Positions 51,965 to 64,000 of a stretch of 64,000 nt of DNA are shown in pieces. The number at the start of each line of letters is the position of its first letter. Position 1 is the stretch's first letter. Source of the stretch: Camelus dromedarius (Eukaryota). The stretch lies in contig NC_087436.1 in the NCBI RefSeq assembly GCF_036321535.1, forward strand, positions 49,664,001 to 49,728,000. Direction: 5' to 3'. The notes below the pieces were generated by a model. It worked only from the letters and a program-made list of their open reading frames with translations, was not told the DNA's origin and did no database searches. The position numbers and the translations under genes are program-made.

Positions 51965-54955
51965 ATATGCAATTTTAAATGTTCATTTTGGTATATAGAA
52001 AAGCAATTAACTTTTGTATCTTGACTTTGTATCCTGTGACTTTTCTATTCTCATTAACTACAGGAATTTTTTTTGTTGTTGATTCTTAGCAATTTTCCAT
52101 ATAGACAGTCATGCCATCTATGAACAAAGACAATATCATTACTTACTTTTAAATCTATACATTTTAATTTCATTTTCTTATCTTATTGCACTAGCTGGGA
52201 CTTCTACTGTGATGCTGAATAGGAGTGATGAGAAAGGACACCTATCTCCCAGGAGAGGCATCTAGTTTTTTACTTTTTAAGTATGATGCTAGTTTTTCTG
52301 TAAATGTTCTTTATCAAATTGAGGAAGTTCCCCTCTCTCCCCAGTTTGCTGAAGGTTTTTTTTTTTTCTTTTAAATGAATGGGTGTTAGATCTTGTCAAA
52401 TGCCTTTTCTACAACAATTGATATAATCATATGATTTTTCTTAAGCCTGTTGATATAGTGGATTGTACTGACTGAGTTTTTGAATGTTGAATAACCCTTG
52501 TATATCTAAAATAAGTCCCATTTGGTCATTATATATAATTATTTTGTACATTGTTAGATTTGATTTTCTAATATTTTATTGAGGATTTTTGCATCTGTAT
52601 TCATGAGAGATATTGTTCTGTAGTTTTCCTATCTTGTAATGTCTTTATCTGATTTTAGTATTAGGATAATGTTGGCATCATAGAATGGTTTAGGAAATGT
52701 TTGTTCTCCTTCTATTTTCTTGAAAAGATTATGGAGAATTGGAATCATTTCTTCCTTAGATGTTTGTTAGAACTTACCAGGGAAACAATCTAGGACTGCT
52801 GTTACCTTTTTTGAAGGGTTATTAACTATTCAGTTTATTTGTTTTTCCTTCTGTGGGTTTTGTAGTCTGTGTTTTCAAGGAATTAGTTCATTTGATTAAG
52901 TTATTATATTTAAGGGCATAGAATTGTTTGTAATATTCATTTGTTATCCTTTTATTGTCCATGAGATCACTAGTGATGATTTGTCTTTTATTTCTAATTC
53001 TAATAATATGCATCTTCTCTCTTTTTATCCTGGTTAGCCTGGCTAGAGTTTTATTAATTTTATTAATCTTTTCAACTTATCAGATTTGGGGTTGATTGGT
53101 TTTATCTAATGTTTTCCTTTTATATTTCAATAGTTTCTGCTTTTATTTTTATTGTTTCTTTTCTTACGCTTGCCTTAGGCTAAATTTTTCTTCTCTCTCT
53201 AGTTTTCTAAGGTGGAAGCTTATATTATTGATTTTGAATCATTCTTTTTTCCTGATATATTCATTTGATTCTATAAATTTCCATCTAAACTTTGCTCTCA
53301 CTACATCCCATACATTTTGATAAGCTGTATTTTTATTTTCATTTAGTTCAAAATATTTTTTAATTCTTTTGGAGACTTTTTCTCTGACCCATGTGTAATT
53401 TAGAAGTATGTTTGTTTAATTTCCAAATATTTGAGGATTTTCTTGTTATTTATTTCTAATTTAATTCTATTGTCATCTGAGAACATATTTTGTATGATTT
53501 TAATTTTTTTAACTTTATGAAGGTACATTTCATTGTCTCTTACTGATGTTCCACGTGCACTTGACAAAAATGTGTATTCTGCTCTTGTTGGATGGAATTT
53601 TCTGTAAATGTCAATTAGATCAAGTTGACTGATAGTGCAACAGTTTTCTTATTGGTTTTTCTGCCTGTTCTATCTATCAGTTATTGAAAGAGGGGTGTTG
53701 ACGTCTCCATAATGGATTTGTTTATTTTTCCTTTCAGTTCTATTAATTTTCCCTCATGTGTTTTGATGCTGTGTTGTTAGGTACATATACACTGTAAAAA
53801 TTATTATATCTCCTTGGAGATTGAGCCTTTTGTCATTATGTAGTACTCCTCTCTATCCTTGATAACTTTTCTTATTCTGAGATTTGCTTTTTCTGAAATT
53901 AATACAGATACTCCAGCTTTCTCTTAAGTAGTGTTAGGATGGTATTTCATTCTTCATTGCTTTACTTTTAACATATGAATGCTTATATTTAAAATGTGTT
54001 TCTTGTAAAGACATACAAATGGGTCTTGGTTATTTTGTATATATTCTAAAAATCTCTGTCTTTTAATTGGTCCTCTTAGACCATTCATATTTAAAATAAT
54101 ATTGATATAATTGAATAAGTATTTGCCATGATTATAATTATTTTCTATTTGTCACATTTATTCTTTTTTCTTCTTTTCCTCTCTTTTTCTGCCTTTTTCT
54201 TGTTTTTATTGAGTATTTTGTATGATTTCATTTTCTCTCCTCTATTAGCATATTTATTGTACTTCTTTTGGTAGCTTTTGTTTTACTGACAGAGAATTTG
54301 CAATCAATTGTAATTGGTTGTTAACCAACCTAATTCCACCTTCAAATAGCACTGTACTGCTTCAAGTATAGTACAAGTAACTTATGAAAGAGTATTCCCA
54401 ATTGCTGTCTCCCATTCCTTGTGATATTGCTGTCTTTCATTTTGCTTATTCACAGGCTGTAAGTACCCCAAAAATTATTACTGTTATTACTTTGACCAAG
54501 TTTTTTATAGATTAACTAAGAAAAAAATTATTTTACTTTCATTTATTACTTCTGACATTTGTTCTTTATTTATGTAGAGTTAAAATTCTTGCCTGCATCA
54601 CTTTATCCTGAAGAATATCTTTTAATGCATCTTCCAGTACATGTCAATTCCCTCAATTCCCATACAGTATGAGGTAAGCACTATTCTCCTGCTGGAGATG
54701 AATTCCCTTAATTTTTGTTTGTCTGGGAAAGATGTTATTTTTCCTTCACTTTTGGAAAATAAGCTTATTAAATATAGAATTTTAGGTTACTGACTTTTTT
54801 CTTAAAAATTTTAAATTAAAAAATTTTCACCCCACTCTCTTCTCGCTTGCATAGTTTCTGAAGAGATTTGCTTATAATTCTTTTTCTTGTTACTGCGTAG
54901 GGAAGGTTTTTTTCCCCTCCTCTGGCTTCTTTCAAAATTTTTTGTTTTTAAAATT
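51965..54955 (-). mobile_element. Second, less diverged L1 (ORF2 5' half to inter-ORF/ORF1 region)
   Basis: gtatatagaaaagcaattaacttttgtatcttgactttgtatcctg...gaggatttttgcatctgtattcatgagagatattg...acttgacaaaaatgtgtattctgc...tttgtttgtctgggaaag. Confidence 0.9.
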
Positions 54956-55270
54956 GATATGTTACCCAGAAACATTTATATTTCTACAGTTCTTATTTAA
55001 AAATACCAAACATCCTGGCAGTTATTGTTTACACACTTACATCATATATAATTTGAGGGAAGCACTATTTTTATTCCCATATAGACATTCAAAGAGACAT
55101 TGAGAGTTGGGGAGTGATTTGGTAGTCTTCAGAACCAGTGCCCCAAAATATTATGCTATATTTGTTCCCACTAATAACATCATACTTTTACTAAAATAGT
55201 CTAGTAAAAGCAAATGCTGAATAACTAGACTCCTCAAATCAAGCTCTCATCTTTCACTGTGTCAACTTAC

Positions 55271-55390
55271 CTCCTGGGTTTCATCTTTGAGTTCCTATTG
55301 GATTTTCCTCCTTGTAGCAAAGAAGAAATCAATGCTGAGCAGGATGTAGTTACCATCAATACTACCTTACTCACTGTATAGGTTGTGTGC
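55271..55390 (-). other. Candidate 120-nt exon on the minus strand (possible lncRNA)
   Basis: Minus-strand acceptor tattctttttgttcttAG| and donor GAG|GTAAGT; non-repetitive; one frame open but peptide unrecognised. Confidence 0.35.
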
Positions 55391-56639
55391 CTAAGAACAA
55401 AAAGAATATACCTTTCCCTTTTGTCCACTTGTAACAAAATTCTAATTCTAATTCTAATTACCACACTGGTAACAGACATAATATTGCTTCAACACACTAA
55501 CCCAGATTTCCCATTTAAAGAATATCCAGGTATAATTTACCCAATGAAACAGGAAAGCATGAAAGAACTTAACACTGCTTGCTACGTATGCCTGCAATTA
55601 ATGACCAGTATCCCTACTGATGATTACTGTATGAATGAAAACATGGCATAGAAATCCAACAAGTTTTCCAAAGAGGTCCACTAGTAATATGTAATTTTTG
55701 TTTGTTAAATTTCCCCATGATTAATGTCAAATTCATAGTTGTAACATTTGTTTTTACATATCTCTAGACCAAGAAGTCCATATGAGGTCATCCTCCTTTC
55801 TGAAATCTTTAGTTCTGATCTGGAGTAATGCATGTTCCCCTCACCTCTCAGGCTTCAGAAAGCTTCATTAAGATGTTTCTCTATGAAAATGATTTATTTC
55901 TTCTTGTAAAATACAAAAATATCTTCTTTCCTCTTTAGTAATTTTATCTAATTATCATGATAGCATGTTTTTTACATCTTGCTTACTGGTTTACTCCAAT
56001 GAAGTCCATGCTTGGGTCACCCTGGCTTTTAATAAGTGTTGTCTTTCAAAAAAATAAAAAAGAAGGGAAGTCCAGAACTTATTCCTTCTCCCCACCTCCT
56101 GTGTATTAACATTGCATAATATTTTACTTAGCAAAATTTGTTAGAGATTGAATATTTGTTTTTAAAATTAAGACTGTAATAGAATGTAATAAAGTGTTTT
56201 GTACCTATTTTTAAGAGTTCACAATGAATGAATTGAAAAAGTAAAGTAATACAAGAAAAGCTCACCATCCACCTCCTATACTTCCCTATTCCAGCCTTTG
56301 GTGTATTTCAGGTCTGAAGGATTCTCTTTAATTGCAAGCAGAAGATAAAGAAGGAGTTAGAGCTCAGGACTCTAAATGTAAAATATTCATTTAAATATTT
56401 TAACATAACATCAGGTCTTCAGTACCACATAATATATACATCAAAGACAAAAACCAAACATAATCAACTTGTATGTTAGTACATACTTATACTACTAACT
56501 TGTACATACTAACTTGTAGGTTAGTACAGAGAAAGATCAGTGATTTTAAATTCTCACATATAGAAGGAAAATGTACAGAAGTAAAATGGAGAAGGGAGCC
56601 ATTTGTGAAGAAAATAGTAGAAGTTAACTAGTATTTGGA

Positions 56640-57112
56640 TATAATAGTCAATCTTCAAAGAGGATCCGCCAATTCCTCCTCTCTGTGAATCACATATCAT
56701 GTCAGGAGGAGCATTTATTTCTTCCCCCTTTGAATCTGAGGTGGTTTTGAACAAAAGAGTGCAGAAAAGAAGGCATTAAGGGGCCATCACCTTCTGCTTC
56801 TGTATTCTTGGAATGTTTACTCTTAGAGTACTCCCTTTCAAAAACCAGACACATTGAGAGTTCATGTGGAGGAAAACTTAAGAGACCAACTTACCAGCAG
56901 TTCTCAGCCAGGAGCTGGCAACAGCTGCCAGCCATAGGAAGGAGCAACCTTGGCTACTGTAGCCCACTCGAGTCCCCCGTGACTACAGTCTGGCTGACAT
57001 CATGTGGCTAACCCATCCATTTGAGTCCAATCAACTCAAAGAAGGATCAGAGAATGTTAAAAGTCCCTATGTCTTAGGGTAGGTGTCTGTGCAGCAGTAA
57101 ATAATTAAAAGA
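56640..57112 (+). mobile_element. MaLR LTR (MLT1F/G/H-like)
   Basis: cttcaaagaggatccgccaattcctcc...ttccccctttgaatctgagg...ttctgcttctgtattcttggaatg...gcagcagtaaataatt. Confidence 0.75.
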
Positions 57113-57619
57113 TATCTGTGATGGAAATAGTTGACCAGTGTGTGAAACTGGTAAACAAAGTCCAGTATAGAAGTAAACATATTAGGCTGAGGAGGGCCTT
57201 AAAGGGAATTTAAGAGGAATACTTGGCTAATATGTTTCACCTAGTTAAATAAAATATCCTTACACAGAATACAGATATCTTTCACTTTAGGCATTTGAAA
57301 GTAAAGGAGTCAAAATTTTGTAAAACGTCTCTTCATATACAGCTGTATACTTAATGTGCAAAGAAAAATAGAAGAGTTTAGTGATACTTGATAAAAACCA
57401 AAGTTTCCTTGAAAATTTTATGTTATTTATAAAGAAAAGGAACAAAAAGAAGGGCAAAAAAAAAACCCTTAAATATAAGTTATTTTAAGAAGAAAGAAAA
57501 TTGTCAAAAGTTTACCAAAAAAAAAAAAAAATATGGAGGTGGGGGGAGAAAAGAAATGTAATTCAGGAAGGAAAAAGGAACTTTCAATAACAGAAGTGGA
57601 ACAAAGTTTGGAAGTGTTA

Positions 57620-57828
57620 CCCTGTGCCCTTAGCTTTCATAATCCTTTTTCATATATGTTATAGAAGTTACCACATTCAATTTTAACTTACTTGTTCATG
57701 TGTCTGTTTCATATCACTAACCTATAAAAATCTTCAGGGCACAGATTTGTCCTATTTACATTGCTATCACTATGATAATATAGACATTAATGGATGTTTG
57801 TTTAGTGAATGAATGAATGAATGAATGA
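57620..57828 (+). mobile_element. L2 3' end with (TGAA)n tail
   Basis: cactaacctataaaaatcttcagggcacagatttgtcc...atgtttgtttagtgaatgaatgaatgaatgaatga. Confidence 0.8.
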
Positions 57829-58259
57829 TTTACTGTAAACTGATATGTGAAATTAGTTGTGAAATGCAAAATCAACTTACTGGCAGGAGGAAGCCCTTTG
57901 TCAGAGACGCCGCTGTTATTTTATGAGGTGTTCTAATTCTCTTGACTTGAGATTCAAAGAAAGCTGGAAAATGCTGCCTTCTAGAGAGTCCAAAAGGCCA
58001 ATTGTAATATATAAGGTAGAATGCATTTTTAAAAATCAATAAATATATACACTAAAACCTAAAGTTTTACAGCAGCTCTTAGGGTTGCAAACAAAATAAT
58101 TCTCAGTATATTCCAGTCATTTCAAGTCATTGAGCACCAACTATGTGCTAAGCATTTTATCTGGAGACATGAAGGTAGATACTCTATGGTCCCTGCTCTG
58201 AAGAGGTCATGGGACATTAGGCAAGATTGAAATGTAAGAAAGGAATCAATAAAAGAAGC

Positions 58260-58475
58260 CAAATGTTCTGAGTGCCTACATGTGCAAAGGATTATTCTGA
58301 AGTCCTTTGATTGTCTTATCTTTTTAAAAGCTCACACACTAAGGAGTAGTTTTATTCCCATTTGTGAGTAAAATATTAGGATGAGAAATACTCAGTAACT
58401 TGTTCAAGGCAAGCTAGTAAAATGAGAGAGCCAATATTTAGAAATCTATTCTTTTATTTATTTTTTTCTCTCTCT
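58260..58475 (-). mobile_element. MIR SINE
   Basis: ctgagtgcctacatgtgc...ttattcccattt...agtaacttgttcaaggcaagctagtaaaatgagagagcc. Confidence 0.7.
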
Positions 58476-58667
58476 AGCTCCCAAACTACAAACCCCAATA
58501 CAATGAGTTGCAAGTATGAACATAAGTCTGTACAAGGTGCTATGGGGGCAGGAGCAAAGCTCGCTGGGGAGGAGGAGCCTCTGCAGATAGGGGATGCTAT
58601 GATGAGGCTTCCCCTGTGTCTGCATACCTCTTCTCTGCTGCTCTCTACTGGTGTGGCTATTCCACAG

Positions 58668-58900
58668 GAGCATAGAATGGCTAAGAGCTTTGGGAGTTAT
58701 GCTGATTTGGCTTTAACCCTGGTAAATGTGGTACATGTGTGACTTTGGAGAAGTTAATTAGTCCATTGGGGCATCTTCTTTCCTGTCCATAAAATAGGAA
58801 TAACAATATGAACCCGATAGAACTACTATGAGGGTCACACATGACATGCAAGTCCTCAGTACAGTGCCTGGTGTAAATACCCTTCTAGCAAGTGGTGAGT
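58668..58900 (+). mobile_element. MIR SINE
   Basis: agcatagaatggctaagagctttggg...tgtgtgactttggagaagttaatt...taaaataggaataacaat...cagtacagtgcctgg. Confidence 0.75.
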
Positions 58901-59679
58901 GTTAGTCTGATGAATCTTTAGTTATAGCCACTCTGATTTGTGGCTAGTTTATCTGGTTCAGTGGGTCTAGGTAAGATGTTTTCCCAGGGATCCAAGATTT
59001 TGGCAGATGTCCTTAGATACTCTTGCTAAAATAAGGGGGGGGGGCAGGGATCTTTGAGCATCTTTTCTGACCTGACCAGTGATTACAGCCTTTAAATTTC
59101 AGACCATATCTCCAGGAATGAGGTATTAAATATCCTTTAGAGACCCAGCCCCACACTTTATGATCTATTTCTTCGGCATGCAGAGACGGGAAATCATTCA
59201 GGAACGAAGGTTTTGCTGCACCTCATGGAGCAGCTTCTCCCCAGCCTCTCTGGTAGTCATCTTCTGCCTGTGGTTCTAGTGAAGCAAGCAGCACTGGCTC
59301 CATTTGCTGTGAATAGTATTCCCTAAGCATGTATTCTTCAGAACATTAAAAAGTAGAGTATTTGATTGGGGATCTTTAAGCACATCTGCTGGTTCATACT
59401 TTTTCTCAGCCCCTGAATCTGAACAGAAATAGTTAAATTTTAGAAGGCTGTAAAAAAAAAAAAAATCAGTGCTTTTTTCCATCCCTGATCCTGGCCTCAT
59501 CCTAGCCAAAGCTGGATCTTCAAAATCTAGAAGATTTGAGGTCTGAGGGTCTGCCTTTAATTCTACTCAGGCAGCAGGACAAGGAGGGAGGTCAGAGCTC
59601 AGAATCCTGACTCCAGATAACAAGGGCGGCCCGAGAAACATAGGAGAAAAGACATGAATTCATTAAAGAGTAGCAGCCG

Positions 59680-60000
59680 GAGCAGGCACTTACTAAGTGA
59701 ATTGGGAAGGAAATTTCTTAGAAGGCCTTAAGAATGTGGAGGAAAAGGAGCAGTTAATTTGAAATACAAAATTGAAAGGCATGGCAGATGCACGATTCTC
59801 GTCTTCCAGATAAGATTCCTTCTGGAATTCAAAAGCGTCTGAAAGAAGCAAGACAATTGGCTGCTGGGCTCAAGATGTAAACACAGTGCTGGTTGACACA
59901 GTGAAGATGTTTATTAGAAAAGTTAATGCAATGTCAGGGCGGAAGATCGATGTTTAACCTGATTTCATTGCAATCTATTGGTCTGCCTTGGAATACAGAA
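59680..60000. promoter_or_regulatory. Candidate enhancer-like motif cluster
   Basis: Non-repetitive; TTCTTAGAA 59715, TGTAAACA 59876, TGTTTAT 59908, ATCGAT 59946, ATTGCAAT 59967. Confidence 0.3.
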
Positions 60001-60189
60001 TAGAAAATTAGCAAACCAGGAGAAGGAAAACATAAGGGACTTCTTCATAAGCAAGCTGTCAAATCATGGACACTGATAATAAAAAGTCAAGGATTCCTTG
60101 CATTCTTAGTTAATGCATGCCCTTACATTGTATATTTACATACTTTTACTAATTCGAGGAATATGTTAACAATTTTATTTGTCTCAGTA

Positions 60190-60330
60190 TGTGGGTAAAG
60201 TCACAAAATGTTAGAGATTCACTGAGTTTGGTCCTCATTTTATAGATTAAATCCTCAGGCACAGAGCTGTCATGTGACTTTCCTGAAGTTACTCAGCAAG
60301 GTGGAAGCACAGTCAGTGGAATGCAATGAT
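60190..60330 (-). mobile_element. MIR/MIR3 core
   Basis: cctcattttatagatt...aggcacagagctgtcatgtgactttcctgaagttactcagcaag. Confidence 0.6.
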
Positions 60331-60819
60331 GTGTTATACAGGTGAAGAAAAAGGGCACGGGGCCAGTAGGAAGACTGTTGCCTGTACCATGAACCCAGTC
60401 TTGTGTTACTACCTGGTGGGCCTATGCTTCATAGAAGAGGCTCTCATACTGTAAAATACATTTATAATTCTTTGATGAGAATATTCTGCAAATATTATTT
60501 AGCTAATCCTCATCGTACTGTAAACAAAAGAAAGATCATTTTCCATGATATAAAAATAAAAAATATATACATGATCGCTGGACTCAGATGAGTTAAAAGA
60601 GCTTTTCGATGTTCCCATATGACCTCTAGCTTCTCTTTTAATTTGATAATTTGGGTAACATCTCATGGAGTTATTGTAGTCTTTTTCTACAGTGATTATT
60701 AAAGGGGATATTTCAATCTATATTTAGGAAATTCTCACTGACAAAGGAAGCTAAGAAGTGTTTTGTTTCATTTCCATTGTGTCATACTTCAGAAAGAGGA
60801 TCACTCAGGAAAATAATGC

Positions 60820-61270
60820 TGTTTCCTGGGCGTGAGGACGCCTGTTCATGGCCCTGGGACAGAGAGTGAGGCGTGGGTTTCTACACAGAACATCACACAA
60901 CCCCCACTGCAGAGCTGGGACCGTGGAGCATCCCTGCATTTGAGGCACAGTTAGCACACCCTGCAGCGCCGCTGTCCATCAAGGGTGACCAATTTAAAAA
61001 CAAGGAGTCAGCCAATTTGTTACATTGTCAGCAATAAATGTAACAATGGGCTGCGGTGGCAATCCAGTCCCGTGATGCAGCCAGGCAGCCATCTGTACGT
61101 CTGTCTTCCCCGTCCACTGGGCACTTGTCACTGTGGGATTGGTTTAGACAAGTGACTCAGCTCGTCAGGTAGCAGGCAGGAGCTGTCTCTCCTCCTCTGC
61201 GAGGCTGTCTTCATTAAGTTGCACCCCTTTCAGAGGAATCAACTGTGAGTGCAGGCTGGGGACTCAGCAA
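60820..61270. promoter_or_regulatory. Candidate enhancer-like GC/CpG-enriched element
   Basis: Non-repetitive and CpG-richer than flanks; inverted TTGTTACATT pair at 61017-61046; GTGACTCAGC at 61152-61161. Confidence 0.35.
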
Positions 61271-62519
61271 GAGCCCTGGCCCTAATGATAAATAAGCAGA
61301 TCACTCATTCAATCTCGTGCTTATTCATTTACTAACATTTGTTGGAAGATTTCTGTTTGCCAGGCACACACCAGAGAAGTAACTATGTGAACAGAACTGA
61401 GTCCACCTATGTAGGAGAAATGAATGTATATTAACACAGCATCACTAGGGATTTCTGTGTATTTTGTGGCCAATGCACTGGATAGTTGTCCCTTAGAAAA
61501 ATTCATTTTTATGACCTATGTGGACAATTAAAATTGCTCAGCTCCTCCCCTTTTTCCCCAATTGTTTTTGCTACTGCTTTGTCTTTGAATTCTTTGAATC
61601 AGTTTTGAAGATGGTTATTAAAAATATTAGAAAGCCGGTGAGAAAAGTCTTCTCTAACACTTGCCTACTTAAGGTAAGAACAGTGCCGCCTGTTACTTTA
61701 TGTTACTGATTAGCGTCTGACCTCTTGTTGCTTTAGCCAGAGATGTGAATTGCTGATTTGATAACCGTATCTTAATTTCAACTCGATTTCATCAAATTCT
61801 AGAAGGATATCACTCCAGTCCCGCACCTCAGTATCAGGGCATACTTGAGAATCATTTGGCTCTTTCTCCTGTTCGTGCTCAGAGGGAGCATTCAGAGATT
61901 AGGATTAAGAGCTCTGAGCAAACATTGCTCTAAGGCTGCTTCTTCTATTTCTTCTTTCCTTTGTACTGTCTTCTCTCATTTTCTACTGTTCTATTTTTAA
62001 TTTGTTTTCTCCCATTAATAACCAGATCTGGGCTTCTCCTCTCTAATCCCTACCCATAAATATGAAGCACAAGCAAGCATTTTAAATGAATGATGCTGAA
62101 AGTTTCCTGTTCTCAGTTTTAAAAAGCAGATGAGACACATGTTCTATATGTGTCTCTTACCGAAAGGCTCCCAACCCCCAGCCTTTTTTTTTTTTTTTTA
62201 TTTTAACAGATGAGAACCTTTTAATAAAATGAACAGGAAAAAGAAGGAGAACCAGGAGGAGGAGAATGGAAATTTCAGACCATCTCCCTTACCCCATTTG
62301 CTCCATTTTGCCTCTCAAATAGGTTTTATGATGAATTGGCATTTTAAAACAAACACCCTATTACTCTGATGAGAGGAGGAGAACACACTGACATGGGACT
62401 TGAAGCAAAATGTAGATTTAGATGGAAATGAATTTTGATGATGCTATAGTAACTGTCTTGTTCTTTGAACATTCTTTTCAGGGAAGAAAGAAAATAAAAT
62501 AAAGAAAATAAAAAAAACC

Positions 62520-62632
62520 CTTTTCTTTCTTTCCTCCTTCATTTCTTGCTTCCTTCCTTCTTGTTCTGTCCCTGTCTTTCTCCCTCTCCATCCTTTCCTC
62601 CCTTCCTTTCTTCTTCTTCTTTTTTTCTTTTA
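62520..62632. repeat. CT-rich low-complexity tract
   Basis: Degenerate (CCTT)/(CTT)n run. Confidence 0.8.
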
Positions 62633-62639
62633 TCTTATA

Positions 62640-62960
62640 TCTTTGCATACTGAGTACGTGTCAAGACTCTGCTAGGTGCTGGTGAAAAGTAACGACATGG
62701 CCTGTGCCCTCAAAAGACCGTATAGTACAGTTGGAAAGATTGACAAGTCAATTCCTTATTTAAGTGCCCTCCAGTAGGAGTTTATGAAAGGTCTGTTACA
62801 AGAGAGATGCCTAACCTAGACTTGGCTGAGTCGTCTAAGCAGAAATCTGAAGATTGATTAAGCGTTAGTTAGGTAAATAGAGATGTGAGTTATCTCAGGG
62901 CATTGGAGTATTAGGAACAAGGCTGCAGAGCAAAGAGAGAACACAGGACTTTCAAGACGT
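62640..62960 (-). mobile_element. L2 fragment
   Basis: actgagtacgtgtcaagactctgctaggtgctgg...gacatggcctgtgccctcaa...cctaacctagacttgg. Confidence 0.7.
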
Positions 62961-63179
62961 CTTCTTCCTGTCACCTCTCCCCCACCTAATTATGGAAAAT
63001 CTTATGAATTCTAGGTTGTGTGTGTATGTGTGTGTGTACATGTCTTTCTGTTTGGAAGATAATAAAAAGAATTGTACTTGTCTAGAGAATGTAGGATTGT
63101 CTGAGAATTCTGCTTAGAAATTTCTGAAGAGGAGAAAGGCATATATATGGGTACTACAATAAAAGCTGCTGTTTCCTGG

Positions 63180-63400
63180 GTGCTTTAAGTTGTGACAATC
63201 ACTGTGCTAAATGACTTACTGTGATTTTAACTTAGAAATGTATTACTACTCTACTACTAGTACTACTACTACTGTTATTATTTGGTTTATAAGTGGAGAA
63301 GTTAAAGCTTTGAAGGTTTAAGCAACTTGTCCAAGGTGCCACAGAGGCAAATTCAACTGTTTGATTTGATAATTCACCCTTTTAATATCTTATACCACTT
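63180..63400 (-). mobile_element. MIR SINE with internal (TAC)n
   Basis: cactgtgctaaatgact...gtggagaagttaaagctttgaaggtttaagcaacttgtccaaggtgccacagaggc. Confidence 0.7.
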
Positions 63401-63854
63401 TGTGATGATAACAGAAAATAAAGATCTAAAAGAGCAAAAACTAAGACACAACAAAACACACTTAGGAGAAGGAGCAGCCCCAGGAGCACCTCCCCGGTAC
63501 CCGCTGCATGTAGGGCCCCACGCAGGGTACTTCGGCAAATATGTGAAATTATATTTCTTATGGAATTCTAATATAGTTATTATTCTTATATACTTGTTTC
63601 TTATATAATTATATAATTATTTTATTTATATGTATTATATTTATTTATTTTATATTATTTTATTTTTATATAATAATGGTCTTATTTCTAATATTTTGCC
63701 GTTTAGAATTTGGAGATGAGAAATATGTGTATAAAATAATTCATAATCCTGAGGAGCAATGATCATAAATCACATTTGAATTGTGATTGGCAATTTCCAA
63801 AATCATTTTCACGTAAGTATACTGTTTGAGTTTTACAAAAGTATGTAAGATGGC

Positions 63855-64000
63855 TGTATCAGTTAGTTTTGGCTGAAACCCAGGCTCTGTGACACCCCCT
63901 CAAAGTCAGTGGCTTGTAACTACAAATATGTTTCTCTTGACCTTTGATCTGCTGGCTGATTTTGGTTCTAAGATCTTGTCTGGACTTGCCCAGCTCTGAA
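63855..64000 (-). mobile_element. MaLR (MLT1-type) LTR, truncated by the window edge
   Basis: tgtatcagttagttttggctg...cccctcaaagtcagtggcttgtaactacaaatatg. Confidence 0.55.

Noticed and set aside
62132..62156. 9-bp inverted repeat gagacacat/atgtgtctc
   Set aside because: Short, expected by chance in 64 kb, no supporting context
1..64000. CRISPR array, prokaryotic operon, rRNA, snRNA/snoRNA, CpG-island promoter
   Set aside because: Mammalian repeat landscape with no regularly spaced repeats. ATGATGA boxes lack matching D boxes and terminal stems that I could see. CpG-richer patches are too short and sparse for an island

Overview
Mammalian genomic DNA, most likely a camelid, judging by a vic-1-like tRNA-derived SINE at 13.65 kb and the style of the young L1 3' ends. 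The window is AT-rich, has no CpG island and no long ORF, and a large part of it is decayed interspersed repeat: old and young L1, L2, MIR, CR1/L3, MaLR/ERVL LTRs and microsatellites. Almost all listed ORFs are chance or repeat-derived. The only gene-like signals are weak. On + there is an exon-like segment at 982-1052 that could splice to either of two candidate terminal exons (12605 or 18433), giving an unidentified C-terminus. On - there are a few exon-like segments, the best at 55271-55390, which may belong to a lncRNA. I found no convincing novel biological system. The best-supported curiosities are a twin-primed 5'-inverted L1 with a 17-bp TSD, a young L1 segment lodged at the homologous position inside an old L1, a ~165-bp local duplication next to a palindrome, a long CR1/L3 relic split by an LTR, and non-repetitive motif clusters at 59.7-61.3 kb including an inverted pair of DMRT/SOX-type sites. 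Repeat families were recognised by eye and boundaries are approximate unless a TSD is given.
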